DNA from: Lytechinus pictus | Taxonomy: Eukaryota | Reading direction: 5' to 3' | Assembly: GCF_037042905.1 (NCBI RefSeq) | Contig: NC_087245.1 | Coordinates: 8,992,001 to 9,056,000 of the forward strand | Length of the DNA stretch: 64,000 bases | Shown here: piece by piece, positions 44,559 to 58,800 of the stretch | Numbering within the stretch: position 1 is the stretch's first letter | Layout of the letters: every line of letters begins with the position of its first letter | Translations under genes and position numbers: made by a program | The notes under the pieces: generated by a model | What the model saw: the letters and a program-made list of their open reading frames with translations, nothing else | Database searches by the model: none | Told to the model about the DNA's origin: nothing

Positions 44559-47500
44559 ATATATACATGTGTAATATGAGTTGAACCAATCTTTACTATA
44601 TATTTACTAAATCTTTGAAATGATGATAATGATGATAATTATAATAAGAATGATAAATAATAATAGTAATGATAATAATAATACCAAGAGGAGTAATAAA
44701 AAAGGTAAAATGGATCTTGGTCGACATTGGGATACTAAATAAAAAATAGACAATTTGGTAAATTTCCCCAATAACGAAACTGTACAAATAATTAAGAAAG
44801 CTAAACAGGCTCTAAAATGGTCTCCAAGTCCTCACGGTAAGCCATCACATGTAATGACAATGTCACTGAACTTGAAGGTCCAATCGAGCAGAAAATAATC
44901 GTGGTCCTTGGCCATGGACTCGATCAATGATTCTATTACCGATGTATATTTACGTCATCATGTAGAGACCGAGGCCAAGGGGAGAGAGACGGGGGGGGGG
45001 TAGAGAATGGTGCTAAGGAAAAAAAATTAATAATTCTGTTTAATGATTCTCACAAATTGATAATTACTATCGTGGATATACATTACTGGATAATTTCCTA
45101 TAGATTTGGTAAAGCTTAAATGATCACCATGTTGTACGCAATTCTTCATGTTGAAGCGAGGGGAAGAAAGAAAACGCTGGCTTTTGTTTGGTTCAGGCAG
45201 ACTTTTAACTAATTTCTGTTAGAGCCTTGTGAAGTGTTTGTAAATCCCCCTTTTTTAATTCTTAATTATTTTTTTTGGGGGGGGGACTTCACAACGACTT
45301 TTGCCCCCCCCCCCCTCCCCCAAAAAAGTCTTTCACGACTAGGAATTAAAAAAAAAAGTGTAAGAGTGAAACATGATATTATTTTATGAATATCGTGTCA
45401 AAATCTATCACAAACTTTGATTTTTGTGATAAAAATTTCGAAATTTATGTCCGTTCGCTCGCCAACTTTGTATTAATCTTACGCGATACGCCATTTGAGC
45501 CAATTTTTTTGGCTCATTGTACCACTGAAAGCAAACCCCTTAAAGGTGCCCCTATTGGTTCTGGGATTTTGATCCCAGTCTTTCATATATTCTCGTCCGC
45601 TAGATGGTACAATAAAGAAATTAGTTTAATGGTTGATGGTATGCCCTATGTTGTTTGTTCCGGAACAATGATGAAATCGCAATGATCAATGAAGCAAAAT
45701 GAGCTAGTCCAATGAAAAAAAATCTTAGCACACAAGATTCCGAAATTTATTATGTTTATAGATATTGAATTGTCTTGATTTTTTTCTTAGTTATGATTTT
45801 CACCCTAAAGTGTCAATGTATCAGAGCAAACCTCATGAATTAAATGTTTTGTTTGCTTCGTCAGATACAAAGTTGCAACCTCTCCAGCATCTGGCAAAAA
45901 TAATAATAATGATAATTAGGACAAATTAAAAAATGGCTTCTTAATTGCATTCCAGTGAACTAAATTAGTTCAATACGGCATTTAATGGAATATTCATCAT
46001 GATTAGCAATTATCTGATTTCCGGAAAGCATCAGTTGTCACAAATTGACACTTGATGGTGAAAATCAAAACTAAAAAACAAATTAGTATCTATATATTTC
46101 GTATTGGTTGACCATTACCCTCTAACGGCCCCATTTCATAAATAATTTGATTTGCTTTGTGATTTTTAAACTAAGATAGAACTAGACAGGATATATCAAA
46201 ATGTAAAGCGTGTTGATACTAGAAAAAGTATTATAAATTCTTGGAAGTTTATCAATCTTTGAAATCGGCCAACATCTTTTTTTTTACAGCAACGCCCACT
46301 TGTTATTCGATTGCCCAGGGGTAACGATCTGTGCATTAGTGTCAATGTCAGATTGCAATTTGTTGATGTGAATGACCATGAAACGTTGATGTAATGTGTG
46401 CCATTGGCAGAGGAAAGGAGGGACAGAGAATGAAATATATTTATATAGGAAACGAAATAAAGGAAACAATTCAGCCTATCAGAGCTGAAAGAGAGAGAGA
46501 GGGAGAGTGTGTGTGTGAGAGAGAGAGAGGGGGGGGGGGGCAAGTTTGATATAAAAGATAATGGAAATACAAAGCAAAGGGCAATTAGCTGATACGCTGT
46601 GGGCAGTGGCAGCTCCAGGGGTTTTAAATTTTGATGGGGGCAACATTTTAAAATTGGAGAATGAAATAAATTATATTAATTTAGAGCACTTGACAGCTAG
46701 AATGCAAATTTATTTACTATAACTTCATTCAGTCTTTGAAATATCGGGAGGGGGGGGGGGATAAGGAGGTACAAGGTTATTAACATAGTTTGCCATCCAG
46801 TAGTGATATAGTGGTAGACCCCCGGGGTAGACCGGGGTGACGATGGGGGTAAAAAAAAGAAGTGAATAGAGAGATCAATATAGCCAAATGCAGACGAGAG
46901 ACGCAGAAGAGTGTGAAGAAGAAAGGCAGACATTAACACACAGACTCCATTTACACTCGAATGTTGGCTAACATTTGATTTGGGACCATTTCCCTTTGTC
47001 ATAATGTTTGAATGTCGGGTCCATTGTTGGAAAATGGTGGGAAAATTCGATCTGTTTTACTATAAACAGGAAAAATGAAATTACTATGTACATATCATAA
47101 TCATCACTTGACAGGACAGGGGATAACACAACAAAAAGAACTACACTACGCGATGCATCATTTTGACAAGAATACATTTAAATTTTGATTTTCATTTCAA
47201 TCGATCCACTTTATCATCACTGATTTTACAGAATAAACGTTGAAGAAGAGTTGGGTCATTTCCACTAATGTTTACCCTATACATTTGATTTCTAAAGCAA
47301 AAATTATTAATCTTCTTAATATGGTCTTCCAGTATACTCTAGTCTTCTGTATACTTTTTAAGTAGGGGTGTTGGTGTTTTCGTTCAAGGGATTGTCTTTA
47401 AAAAAATTACAAGCAAAAAAAAAAGCTATTGCTCCGAAATCTTTGTCATTTGGGAGCGATAATCTTTTTGTTTTGTTTTGTTGTCAACCTGATTTACAGG

Positions 47501-49644
47501 GGCCTATGCTTGCATACGCAGCCCCCTGACAAATCTTTGGGGTGCTTCACCCCAAGCACCCCTATTACCCAGGGCCATGCCTTCTGGAGAGTGTTACTTT
47601 TAACCACAACTATATGAACATTTTGTCAATACATTGTTAATGGATCAGGGAAAAAATATATTCCCCCCCCCCCCGAAAAAAAAAACTGACCAGTTTACTT
47701 TCTGATTTATAAGTTGAATTTATTTTGTATATGTATTTTCGTTTCTATCCGTAAATGATCGAATTTATTCAAGTATGTGTATTCCAAAGAAGTATGAATA
47801 AATAGATTTGGTATGGTTTTTGCAACAAATTTCTCATGATGAAGTTCAGGCAGCAGATCAGAAAATAATTTCAGTTGATCCACTTACGATTGAAAATATA
47901 AAGGTCATGTGAAAATATTAAAAACAAATTGAAGATTTCAGGAGAAATAAAAATGGAATGGAATAAGGATGTCCTATGTAGAATTATGTAACATATAGGG
48001 ACTTGCCAGAAAAAAAAAACAATGAAACATGATGAAGGGCCCATCCCGATAATTATACAATTCCAGTAACAATTTTTTTTTGTGACACATCCTTAACATG
48101 CTTAAAGATGCACTGTTGAAACATAGACAAAACACACACATAATATACACAATAAACTTCATCATGAAGGTAAAGAAAAGAAAATGAAAAAGAAAAGAAA
48201 AACTATCCTTCCCCAAATCATCCATTTTCATTCCATCTGGACACCGATTTATGAACGTTTTCAGGTCTGATGAATCGTCACCCCCTGGCTATTTCACTGA
48301 AATCCTCGGGTTTGATTGGCTTAAAAATTATGGTAATTGTGAAGATATTACAACTTCATGAAACGAAGCCCATTAATCCATCCGATAGGCAGTAAATGCA
48401 AAAGCTATAATCTTCACGCTGTGTGTTTGTTCATTTATAAGTTCAGAGGGGTACAGAGTTTCTGTTCGGTGGCTACAAAACTTAATGCGGTCATTGTCAA
48501 ATTGATTTTTACGAGGTCGAGACGTCTTCTTGCTTCCAGTCAGAATCAGAGGTATGATAACACATCCAAGGTTTCATTCGACATCTACTGGGATTTAAAA
48601 AGATCATAGACACATCGTCCAGGATACGAGTAAGTAATGATTATTGATAAAATAAACATATTTGACAGTTGGAATATACTATCCTATGATTTAGTTGAAT
48701 CAGAAGTGAAATAGGTGCAGATATGAACTATCGAATTTGATTTTTTCCGAAATTAAAGTGCAAGGGAAAGAAGGCTTATACAATTTGTGTATTGGAACCA
48801 TGAAATTAATGATACAGATTTTGAAATAGAAAAATATGAGCCACGCACTGTAATATCATCGATGTGTATTTATACCAGCAGGCATATATGTGTTCGAAAG
48901 ACAGCCTACTAGTATTCACCCCTTTCTCAGTCCAAAGTTTGACCACAATTTGAATATTTAAGTCACTGACTTTGTTGTGGTTTGGATGAGTTTGTTTTCA
49001 CGTCTATAAAATAGCATATTAGGGTAGTACATTTAAAAACGTTAAGTGTAAACGGGGCGTTGTATTTCCTGTCTAATGTCAAAAAAACGATTTAGACAGT
49101 AAATTGTAAGAGGCAGGCCGAAGAGTTTGTCCTTTAATTTTTCTTTATCTAAATCTATCCTTTCTTTTAATAAACATTGTTAGATATATTAACTTAACTT
49201 GTCTTATATGTATATGTCATCCATTTTGATTTATATAATTATGAGTATGAGTTCTGTTACGGAATGTAGAAGATGAAGGAAATATAATGCAATAAATAAA
49301 TTCCGTTAAATTCACGGATTTGTTTTGTTCATTCGAATGTAGCGCTCATGTCTATTATCAAATATGACTCTCACCGGTGCGGCGCTCCACAGTTTACTAC
49401 CATGCCCTTATCATGTTTATGGCTACATACCAATAAGTGAAGACACTTGATTTTAAGAAAACCATGTCATATGTGCGGTAATTTCGTTCATTCGCTCTTT
49501 TCTTACAGATTTAATGAAGTAAATCAAAATGGAGGCGATTTTTTAGATTACCCTCCCCCTCCCCTCCCCGTGTATAGATTACAAATGAAAAACATAAACC
49601 CAACTTAATAAGTTTCTAAAAAAACAACGTAATCCTTGATGAGT

Positions 49645-50730
49645 ACTTTTTCCAAGGTCGCAGGTATTTTGGCAATGTGAAAGCAATTTACGGGAACTTT
49701 TAGCCCAGCGTGTCGTTGGGCGCGGGCGCCGTGGGTGGCTGCTGGGCTAGTGGTTTTGAATCTCGCGCCTTGCCTGCTTATTAGACCATACTGCGCATGC
49801 TCGTAACTTCAGGAATTTATCCCGAAGGGTATGTTTCGGGGCGGTGTGAATGCAGGAATAATTAATGGGTATTTTTTTGCCTAAAAATGTTCTCGTAATT
49901 TAATGGGGATTCTTGTGATCGAGGCGGTTTGAAACCGCCTTTAGTCAGCACTAGGTGGTTTCAGACCGCCTCGAAGTTCGCCAGTTCCAGGTATTCTCTG
50001 ATCGGGAAATTTACCCCGATCAGAAAATACCAGGTATTTTGGCGGTGTGAAAGCAAACTACGCGTAATATCCCCGAAAGAAAATACCCGATAAATAGTAA
50101 GTACTTGGCGAAATTACGAGAACTTTCGTGGGGATTTTTCCAAGGTCGTGGGTATTTTGGCGGTCTGAAAGCAAATTACAGGAACTTTTAGCCCAGCGTG
50201 TCGTTGGGTGCGGCGCCGTGCATGGGTTGCTGCTGGGCTAGTGATTTTGAATTTCGCGCCTTGCTGCTTATCAGACCATACTGCGCATGCTCGTAACTTC
50301 AGGAACTTATCCCGAAGGGTATGTTTCAGGGCGGTGTGAATGCAGGAATAATTAATGGGTATTTTTCAGCCTAAAAAAGTTCTCGTAATTTAACGGGGAT
50401 TCTTGTGATCGAGGCGGTTTGAAACCACCTATTGCTGCTGTATTGAATCGCCTAATGCAGGGGAGACTACCATGGGCGTTCCGCTTGTTTGCATAAACTG
50501 AGGCAGCCATCCGTGATGGCATATTTGCCTTCAACACAGATATGGTTTCAAATCGCCAAGTACCTACTATAATCGGGTATTTTCTTTCGGGGATATTACG
50601 CGTAGTTTGCTTTCACACCGCCAAAATACCAGGTATTTTCTGATCGGGGTAAATTTCCCGATCAGAGAATACCTGGAACTGGCGAACTTCGAGGCGGTCT
50701 GAAACCACCTAGTGGTTTCAGACCGCCTAA
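49645..50730. mobile_element. Cluster of a ~480-bp MITE family: partial copy (49645-49940), full copy (about 49953-50430) and inverted partial copy (50572-50710)
   Basis: Self-complementary termini AGGTGGTTTCAGACCGCCT and high internal identity between copies. An older copy is split by the LINE at 25750-25850 and 28745-29075. Confidence 0.8.
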
Positions 50731-51273
50731 CTTGATAATCTCTTCAAAGAACTTGGTTGAGCAGAGAACTTTGATAATAACTTTTGTGGAAACAGGGCTA
50801 TCACGCAGTCATCCATGACAGTATATTCACGTAGGACAGATATGTATAATGATTATAATACTTTTCAGGGAATCCCAGACAATACTGTTATGAGAAATTG
50901 TATTCAAAGTAAATACAGAGCTTATATGTGATTTATTATATTTTTTTAGATCACCATATCGCGTCGCTCCCTATCCCCGGCCCCTCTTTCAATTCTCTGA
51001 CCCTCTTTTATCGCCTTTCTGCATTAACCGGTCAACCCATTTTCATTCACCTTTCAAATTCCCTCTTTCCTTTACTCTCTAATATGAAAGCAAAGGAGCT
51101 AATCTGGTCCCAAACCACACTCCTCTCAGAGTGAGTTGAGGGACCAATCCTGATGGAATGACATTTCAATCTTTCAATGTTAATTTTTACCTTTTTGGAG
51201 TGAAAGTGTAAATCAAGATGCACACTATCTCTCTCAAAATAAAAATCACTCTAAGAGGAGTGTGATTAGAGAC

Positions 51274-51435
51274 CAGGGGGCGTTTCATGAAAGGACTTGT
51301 CGGACGTTTTATCCGACAAGTCCCATTTTACCCGACAGTTACCATAGTAACAGTACCTCTCAGCCAATTAACATCAGAGAAAGATGTCAGATCTGACAAC
51401 TTGTCGGATGAAAATGTTGATGAAACACTCCCCTG
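51274..51435. mobile_element. Short MITE
   Basis: CAGGGGGCGTTTCAT ... ATGAAACACTCCCCTG. Confidence 0.6.
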
Positions 51436-51894
51436 AGCTCATTTGCATTTAGTGAGCATGAATTTTTGTTTTTCAAATGTATTCTGCTGTTCATTATGTT
51501 CATTGACCTATTATCACCATGTGTTAAGGATGATTGAACATGACTCCGAGTTGAGCACTGAGTTTCGGGGATGAATCATTTTGTGTATGTCCTATGTCTT
51601 GTTTAATCATGTCCGTCTTCTTTTACATGATATCCATGGTATGATAATGTCTAAATACAATCGTAAGACGTGAACAAGAACTCATACCCCTACCAGCGGA
51701 TTGCTGTGTCTACCCTCACAAACAATTTGCTACCAACCATTGTGACGTAATTTGATTATTCTTCGTCACTATTTATTTTAGCAATTATGTTATAAAATGT
51801 ATCATGATCTATTTGAATGTCTGCTCTTATTTATTTGTTTTTTTTTATCTTGGAAAAGGCAAGTTTTTTTAATACAGTGATCGATGTCCTAGTC

Positions 51895-54800
51895 GGTATC
51901 AGGACAACTACCCCCTGGACAATCACCCCCCGGACAACTACCCCCCGGACAATTACCCCCCGGACAATTACCCCCTGAGGACAACTACCCCCCGAGGACA
52001 ACTACCCCCCGGACAACTACCCCCGGACAACTACCCCCCGAGGACAACTACCCCCCGGACAACTACCCCCGGACAATTACCCCCCCGGACAACTACCCCC
52101 GGACAATTACCCCCCGGACAACTACCCCCCGGACAATTACCCCCCGGACAACTACCCCCGGACAACTACCCCCCGGACAACTACCCCCCGGACAATTACC
52201 CCCCCGGACAACTACCCCCGGACAATTACCCCCCGGACAACTACCCCCCGGACAACTACCCCCCGGACAACTACCCCCGGACAATTACCCCCCGGGCAAC
52301 TACCCCCCGGACAATTACCCCCTATATAGACAAAGGGAGTGCACAGAGTCATACGTCGGCCGTACGTTTGACGTAAGAAGTACTCAAGGCATTCTCGAGT
52401 ATCTTGGAATCAAACGTACGCCGTAAGAAAGCTGTAAAATTGAGCTCCATCCATAGGCGGATCCAGGGGGCGAGGGGCCCGCCCCCCCCCCCTATCGGCA
52501 GAGCAAAAAAAATGAAGAAAGAAGGGGGAAAGAAAGAAAAAAGAAAAAGAAGGGGAAAGAAAGGAGGAAAAATAAGAGTTAAAATAAGAGGGAGACGAGT
52601 GAAAAAAAAAGGTCAGGGGATGACTTGGAAAATGATTAAAAAATATATTTCATGTCACTATATTAATTTTTTTGCTCGCACTTCGGGCTCGCATAGCCTG
52701 TTCGATGAGATACACATCTTGCTAACTAGGCTGATATGTAGCTTAAAATGTCAAGTTTTGAAGTCGATATTACAAAGCATATTTCAGCTCGGACATTATT
52801 CATAATTTTGTTTGATTTACAAACTGATTTTTAAGTGCTCTGTTTAATGTCCGTTTTATGGTGTGAATATAACTTGCAGCTTGCGCTATGCGCTCGCATT
52901 ATTTGATTTGCCAAATTATATAACAAACTACTTAAGGACGTTCCACAGTTATGTTTGTGCGCATTATGATCTGCGCATAGTTTACACTCTGCGCGCTGAC
53001 GTCACAATGGATGAACAGGTGATTGATTAGAGCTGATTTTTCTCATCTTCTGCACTTTAACTGCAGATCCGATGCGTTATTTCATGAAGCTAAAAAATTG
53101 AATTATTCCATGGACCATTAAAAAAAAAATTCTACAATTTCAAAATACTTTACTCTGCACTGCTGCCAAGAACCACGATTATTACCCCGATTTTGAATAA
53201 ATGGTCGAGTGGTTTTGATTTTTTCTTCACATAGATACAAAGCATTCGGCGCATTTTTGGTGTTTTAAAAAGCACATTTGCTCTAATAAAAACGCAGATA
53301 GTTTAAAAACAAGCACATGAACCCCTATTTTTTAATGTTTGTACCTCTTAGGTATACTTTCCTCTACAACTCTGCAAATTTTGGTGAAAATGACATGGAT
53401 TTTGAATAAAGTGCAGCATTTATTGTACGTTTGTAGTTTGTTACTGAAATTTTATATTTTTTAGATTGGGGTTTTGTTATTGTTTACGCCTTTTTTAAGA
53501 ACTGATAGTGCTGTTAAACTTAAAATTGCAAACAAATAGCACTATAAATAGATTCTCCATTCTAACGATACAATTATTAACTCTCTTGCGAAATTTGATG
53601 ACTTTTTCATGTATTTTGACTGAGTAATAGAGGTTTAAACTCATTGTAGTAATCTTGGGCGGTCTAAAAATGCCAAATTTTTTTGAATGCGCAATTCTTA
53701 AGAACATCAATTTGGGTGAACTTTGAAGCTCTATAGCAAAAAATCAAGCACATGGACCTATGTTAATTTTTGCATATTTCGAATATTAAGGTTCTAAAGT
53801 ATCTATGTGCAAAGTTTGGTGAAAATGACATGGATTTCACTTTAACTGTGGAACGTCCTTAAAACCCCCCTTTTATGACAGTTTTCCAAAAATTTCGTCT
53901 CACGATTTGCGCTCGCATTTTTGTTAAAAATATATCAACTCACAAATCCTATTCATGATTACAAAAGTGCTTAAAATATCCAGTTTTCAGGCCTCAGTGT
54001 CAACACATTTTACTCACTCATTTAGACTTATTACATTAATAAATATGATAATAAAATTTTCATGAATTCTTAATGACTAAATTGTCCCTTTTCAGAAAAG
54101 AATATCGACAATATCACAGTTTCATATGTTTCATATCGCGCTCAGGAAGAGGAATAAGAAAGTTGTCATCATTTTCATATGATGACAAAATGTCCTTAGA
54201 CCTAGAATGTCCAGGTCCTAGGTCAAAATAATAATGAAGATATCAGCTCGCGCTTCACACTCGCATCATTTATTAAGTGCTTTCCACATCCACTTCACAA
54301 TTTCCATACACAATGCTTTAGATAGTGCTCAAATTCACCATTTTCATACCGGAATATCAAGTATTTTCCGCTCGCGCTTTTCGCTCGCATTGCTTTTTCG
54401 ATGAGATTAATATCTTGCTCAATATAGGCTGATATGGAGATTGAAATATCAAGTTTCGAAGTCAATATACAAAACATATTTCATCTCGGATATCGAGCTT
54501 TCATTATTTTTTAATTTACAAATTGATTTTTCAAGTGCTCTGTAAAATGTCCGTTTTATGGTCTAAATATTAAAATTTTCAGCTCACGGTGCTCGGTCGC
54601 ATTATTTGATTTGCATAGGCCTACTTCTTTATAAATTCTTACAAACCGTCCTTAAAATGCACCTTAAACGAATTGTATACTATCATGATTGCCAATTTGT
54701 ATAGAAAAAACACTGTTATGTCATATTGTTTACAATTTAGTAAATTTGGTACTTAATTTCCTTATTTAATGTTTAATTGCTTTCACCCAAGAATAATACA

Positions 54801-55831
54801 CATGCACAAACACACCTTGTAATTTACAAGGTGTTCCTGTGTGTATTATCTTTGCATAAAGTTTTTTAGCTAACTGTATTAAGTTATAAAGCCACATCTT
54901 AATCTGGAATGTGCACCAATTGTTTCATAATTCTTAGCTTCTTGTTAGTTGAACTGTTAAAAAAACAGATTTATAGGTCTACTTGACAGTGTTAGTGTTC
55001 ATAGTTGCGTTATCGACTTTCAATTTTTCTACCTATAAAGGTGTTTTTTTAACGTTTTATCTATTTGCCTGATTTCTTACCTGAAATTAAACCCAAAATA
55101 AATATTTCAAAAAATCAGATCAGTTGGAATCAGGGATATTCAGCATATGTGATTATTATGACTAATCGTGTTCAATTGTTCTATGAAAACTTAGAATGAG
55201 GGCCAGTTTACAGATTTTCTGATGTTTATATGCATAGCCAAACGGGAGGTTTCGGGTGCAAGCCCCCCCCCCCCATTTTTCATGATGCAGAAGGCGCCGC
55301 TAAACAAAAACAAAAAAGGAAAAAAGAAGAAAGTGAGAGAACAAGAGAAAGAGCAATATAAAAGAGAAAGAAAAAGTTATTAACGTAAGATAAAGTAGAA
55401 AATATTTCGGAAACCTGTGCCACCGACCAAAACTTACAATGGGTGTCGCCTTATTCTAACATTGATGCTGGAGAGAAGGGGGGATTTTCTGAAGGTAATT
55501 GTCTGGGGGGTAATTGTCCGGGGGGTAATTGTCCGGGGGGTAGTTGTCCGGGTGGTAGTTGTCCGGGGGGTAATTGTCCGGAGGGTAGTTGTCCGGGGGG
55601 TAGTTGTCCGGGGGGTAGTTGTCCGGGGGGTAGTTGTCCGGGGGGTAGTTGTCCGGGGGTAATTGTCCGGGGGGTAATTGTCCGGGGGGTAATTGTCCTC
55701 GGGGGGTAGTTGTCCTCGGGGGGTAATTGTCCGGGGGGTAATTGTCCGGGGGGTAATTGTCCTCGGGGGGTAATTGTCCGGGGGGTAGTTGTCCGGGGGG
55801 TGATTGTCCAGGGGGTAGTTGTCCTAGAACC
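51895..55831. mobile_element. TU-like/Mutator-like foldback transposon with 15-bp minisatellite arms
   Basis: Perfect 9-bp TSD GTCCTAGTC (51886-51894, 55832-55840). Arms are (GGACAAYTACCCCCC)n at 51902-52323 and the inverse at about 55495-55825. Confidence 0.88.
52936..53858. mobile_element. TTAA-specific (Kolobok-like) non-autonomous element
   Basis: TTAA|GGACGTTCCACAGTTA ... TAACTGTGGAACGTCC|TTAA. Confidence 0.85.
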
Positions 55832-58800
55832 GTCCTAGTCATATGACATTACTCGATAACCATAATCAGGTGACTGTATTTATCTTACCCTCTTCACTTA
55901 TTGGACATTATTCTAGGTCTTCACCCCCTCTCGTTTCACACCCATATCTTTTTTTAACAACATAAGATAGAAATATACAACGGAAGTGTGGTGAATTGAG
56001 TAACTAAAAAACGCAACTGTCGGTTTGCATTGTGTGTTCGTACTTGAGCTTTTAGAAACGTGTATTAAACTTGTATCAATCATGATCATTTGCGTCCGGG
56101 ACCGACCGTTTACATCACCAGCCGAAAGACGTGACGCATGGATCGAACATCAAAACGACCTCTACATCAAATCGTATTCCCTGGCGCACACCACAACGCC
56201 AAGTTTGACCATTAGTTAGGAGATTCCATTTCCTTTGTTAGATACTTACTTGTGAAAACAATACAATTTAAGTCTCATAAAAGAAAAAAATATTATAGGA
56301 TGTTACCATTATCATGTACCAGGACTTTGCAATACGATGTCGAAGCAGTCCTATATCGTGTTTATTGAGGGGGTTTTGGTCTCGTGTTATACAGTATATT
56401 TATTTTATTTTCTCTTTTAATTCTTCGAACATGACCATAATGACGCTGTAGTCAAAATGGTCGGTGACCGATGACCGATGCTCACATCAGTGAGCATTTC
56501 CAATTGGGTATTCATAATTCTTTTCTATGTGTTTTTTCTTCTTTAATCGAGATCTGTTTGCAAATGTTTGTAAAGATTGTCAGGTTATTTCCGAGTTCAA
56601 AACGTCCCTTAGTATGAACTGTGACCATGTTGACATGTGTACGATTGAACACCGACATGCATCTTTCAATATAGGCGGTGACGAAATAAAAACAAGCACG
56701 GGTAAACTGTGATGTTTATTTTTTTGGAGGGGTGCCCCAATTTATGGAGCAATGCCAAGAACATAAAGCAAGGTAAGCCAATTTTCTTATATTGTTTTTG
56801 TGTGTAAATGCAAATAATAATATTTGGTGACATATTGAGCATGTCAAAGTGTTAAATGATGTCCTCTGTCAGTTTACCTCATTTAACGCTGAGCAATTTT
56901 CTTGCGCCCGTGATAGTGGTCCAGTTGTCAACATGTTCAAATGTAACAACATGCCAAATCATCATGCTACTCCGATGAACCCTCACCTATCAACATGACA
57001 AACAAGAAATTATTATTTTGCTATTGCTGAAACACTGTTTTCTCTAATATTGGTAAACCAACTATATGGCGCATATCACAATCCAGTTTATTAGACAATT
57101 ACCCAGTTCTCTGTAAATCAGAGTTGTCACATCTTCAGAATATAAGGTCAGTCCGGTTAGGAGGTCATGATCCTGAAGGAAATATATATTTATTGTTCTT
57201 CTTGATTGTTTGATTATGTTTTATAATTTGAGAAACAATAATAACCGTGCTAGAATATCCACGAGCTTTGGAATATGCGAGCGAACAGACTGAGTCATTA
57301 ATGTCACTGATCTGCATAATGTAGTCCAAATACATGACATAAATTGGCCAAATAACATATTATTGACATAAAGCTAGTATAGTTTTTTTAGATGATATGT
57401 TGAAAATCGAATGTGTTTTATTAAATTAAATGTGAATAGATTAATAAAGCTGCTTATAGTATAGTATTTGTTAGTGTTCTCCTTCCATACTTGTCTATCC
57501 TTATTATGAATCAAAGGTCAAGTCTGTCCCGAACATTAAAGTTGATTAAAATAAGAAAAATCATAGAGTCATAAACTTAGTAATTTCTCAAAAATTATAA
57601 TGTAAAGAGAGAGATTTTTTAAATAGTTTTTCTTGTTTTCCGAAAGCAGTGATATTATTTTTGAAAAAATCTAATTTACACCAAAAACATGTTAAATAGA
57701 TTTTTTAATTGTCTAATATTCCAAAGTTTTTTGTTATCTTTATAATATCTTTAAACATGCTTAATGCCATTGTGAAAAGGTAAGTTTTAACTATTAATCT
57801 ACATTGTAGCTGTCATATATTTCTAAACAGCATCCCTACCTGACACTGATAATATCTTACAAGTTATAAAGCCGCCATACCCTGTATGGTTTGATATGAA
57901 ATGATAGGGCAAATAATTTACAAAATATGTAGGGGTCATGATGAGGCTCTTCCCTTGGGCCTGAAACGGTCAAAAATTTACTAGTATTTGTTGAATGGTT
58001 AGTTGATGATCATGGTGATATGATATCGCTGTGATGATTGCTTTATTCGGTCTATTTTATCAAGAGATATATTTCAAAGAACTTTTTCTTTCAATCGGTC
58101 CAGAGTTTCAAAACCACATAAATCGTTACAAGTCACCTTTTCATTTTTTCCCCGACGAAGTCTTACGAAGTAAATCACGTTGCACGTCATTACCTTATGT
58201 CGCGACTGGCAGTACTTCTTCATCATTCTTGCAGAATATAAAGTGCAAATCTACAAAGTTTTTGTAGATGGCAATTTGTATTGTCAATTGCGCCTTCCAA
58301 TGGGTTTATTTAATACGCACGTAAGGTTAGTAAGGTTAGATATAAAAAAAATTAGTCTCGAGGAATGTAATAAAACCTCGGACATTTGGTTGTGAATATT
58401 TGCATGATCGAATAATAAGGCCAAAACGAATGATTTTCTCATGTTATTATGTCTTCCATTCAATGGAGTACAATGTGAGTGGATCCTTTGTGCGGTGACA
58501 CGGTTTGAAACACTTTATTGGTAAAAACAAGCCATGTATAAACCGTTTTACCGTACCCCCTGTTCTCAATCTCCCCCCTCCCTTTATCTTCCTCCCCATC
58601 TCTCTTACTCTTTCCATTTCTCCCTTTCTCTCTCTCTCCCTCTCATGGACTTAAAAATTACGAAAATTCACGCGTAAAAGCTATCAACCATTTTCATGTT
58701 TATACAGAGAATTTAATTTTCGAGCTCATTCATATGGATTCGAAAGGATGCGATAATGCACTGGGGGATCCGGGGGGGGGGGCACAGCCGGCCCATGCCC

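Noticed and set aside
48265..48300. CTGATGA as another hammerhead core
   Set aside because: No stem II plus GAAA, and no stem I/III pairing, follows it.
55417..55842. PGGSC / DNYPP / GVVVR repeat ORFs (also 52093-52284)
   Set aside because: They are translations of the 15-bp minisatellite arms of the foldback element, open in several frames.
56090..56140. Possible structured RNA or SINE fragment
   Set aside because: Too short to assign; I could not build tRNA A/B boxes or a ribozyme fold.
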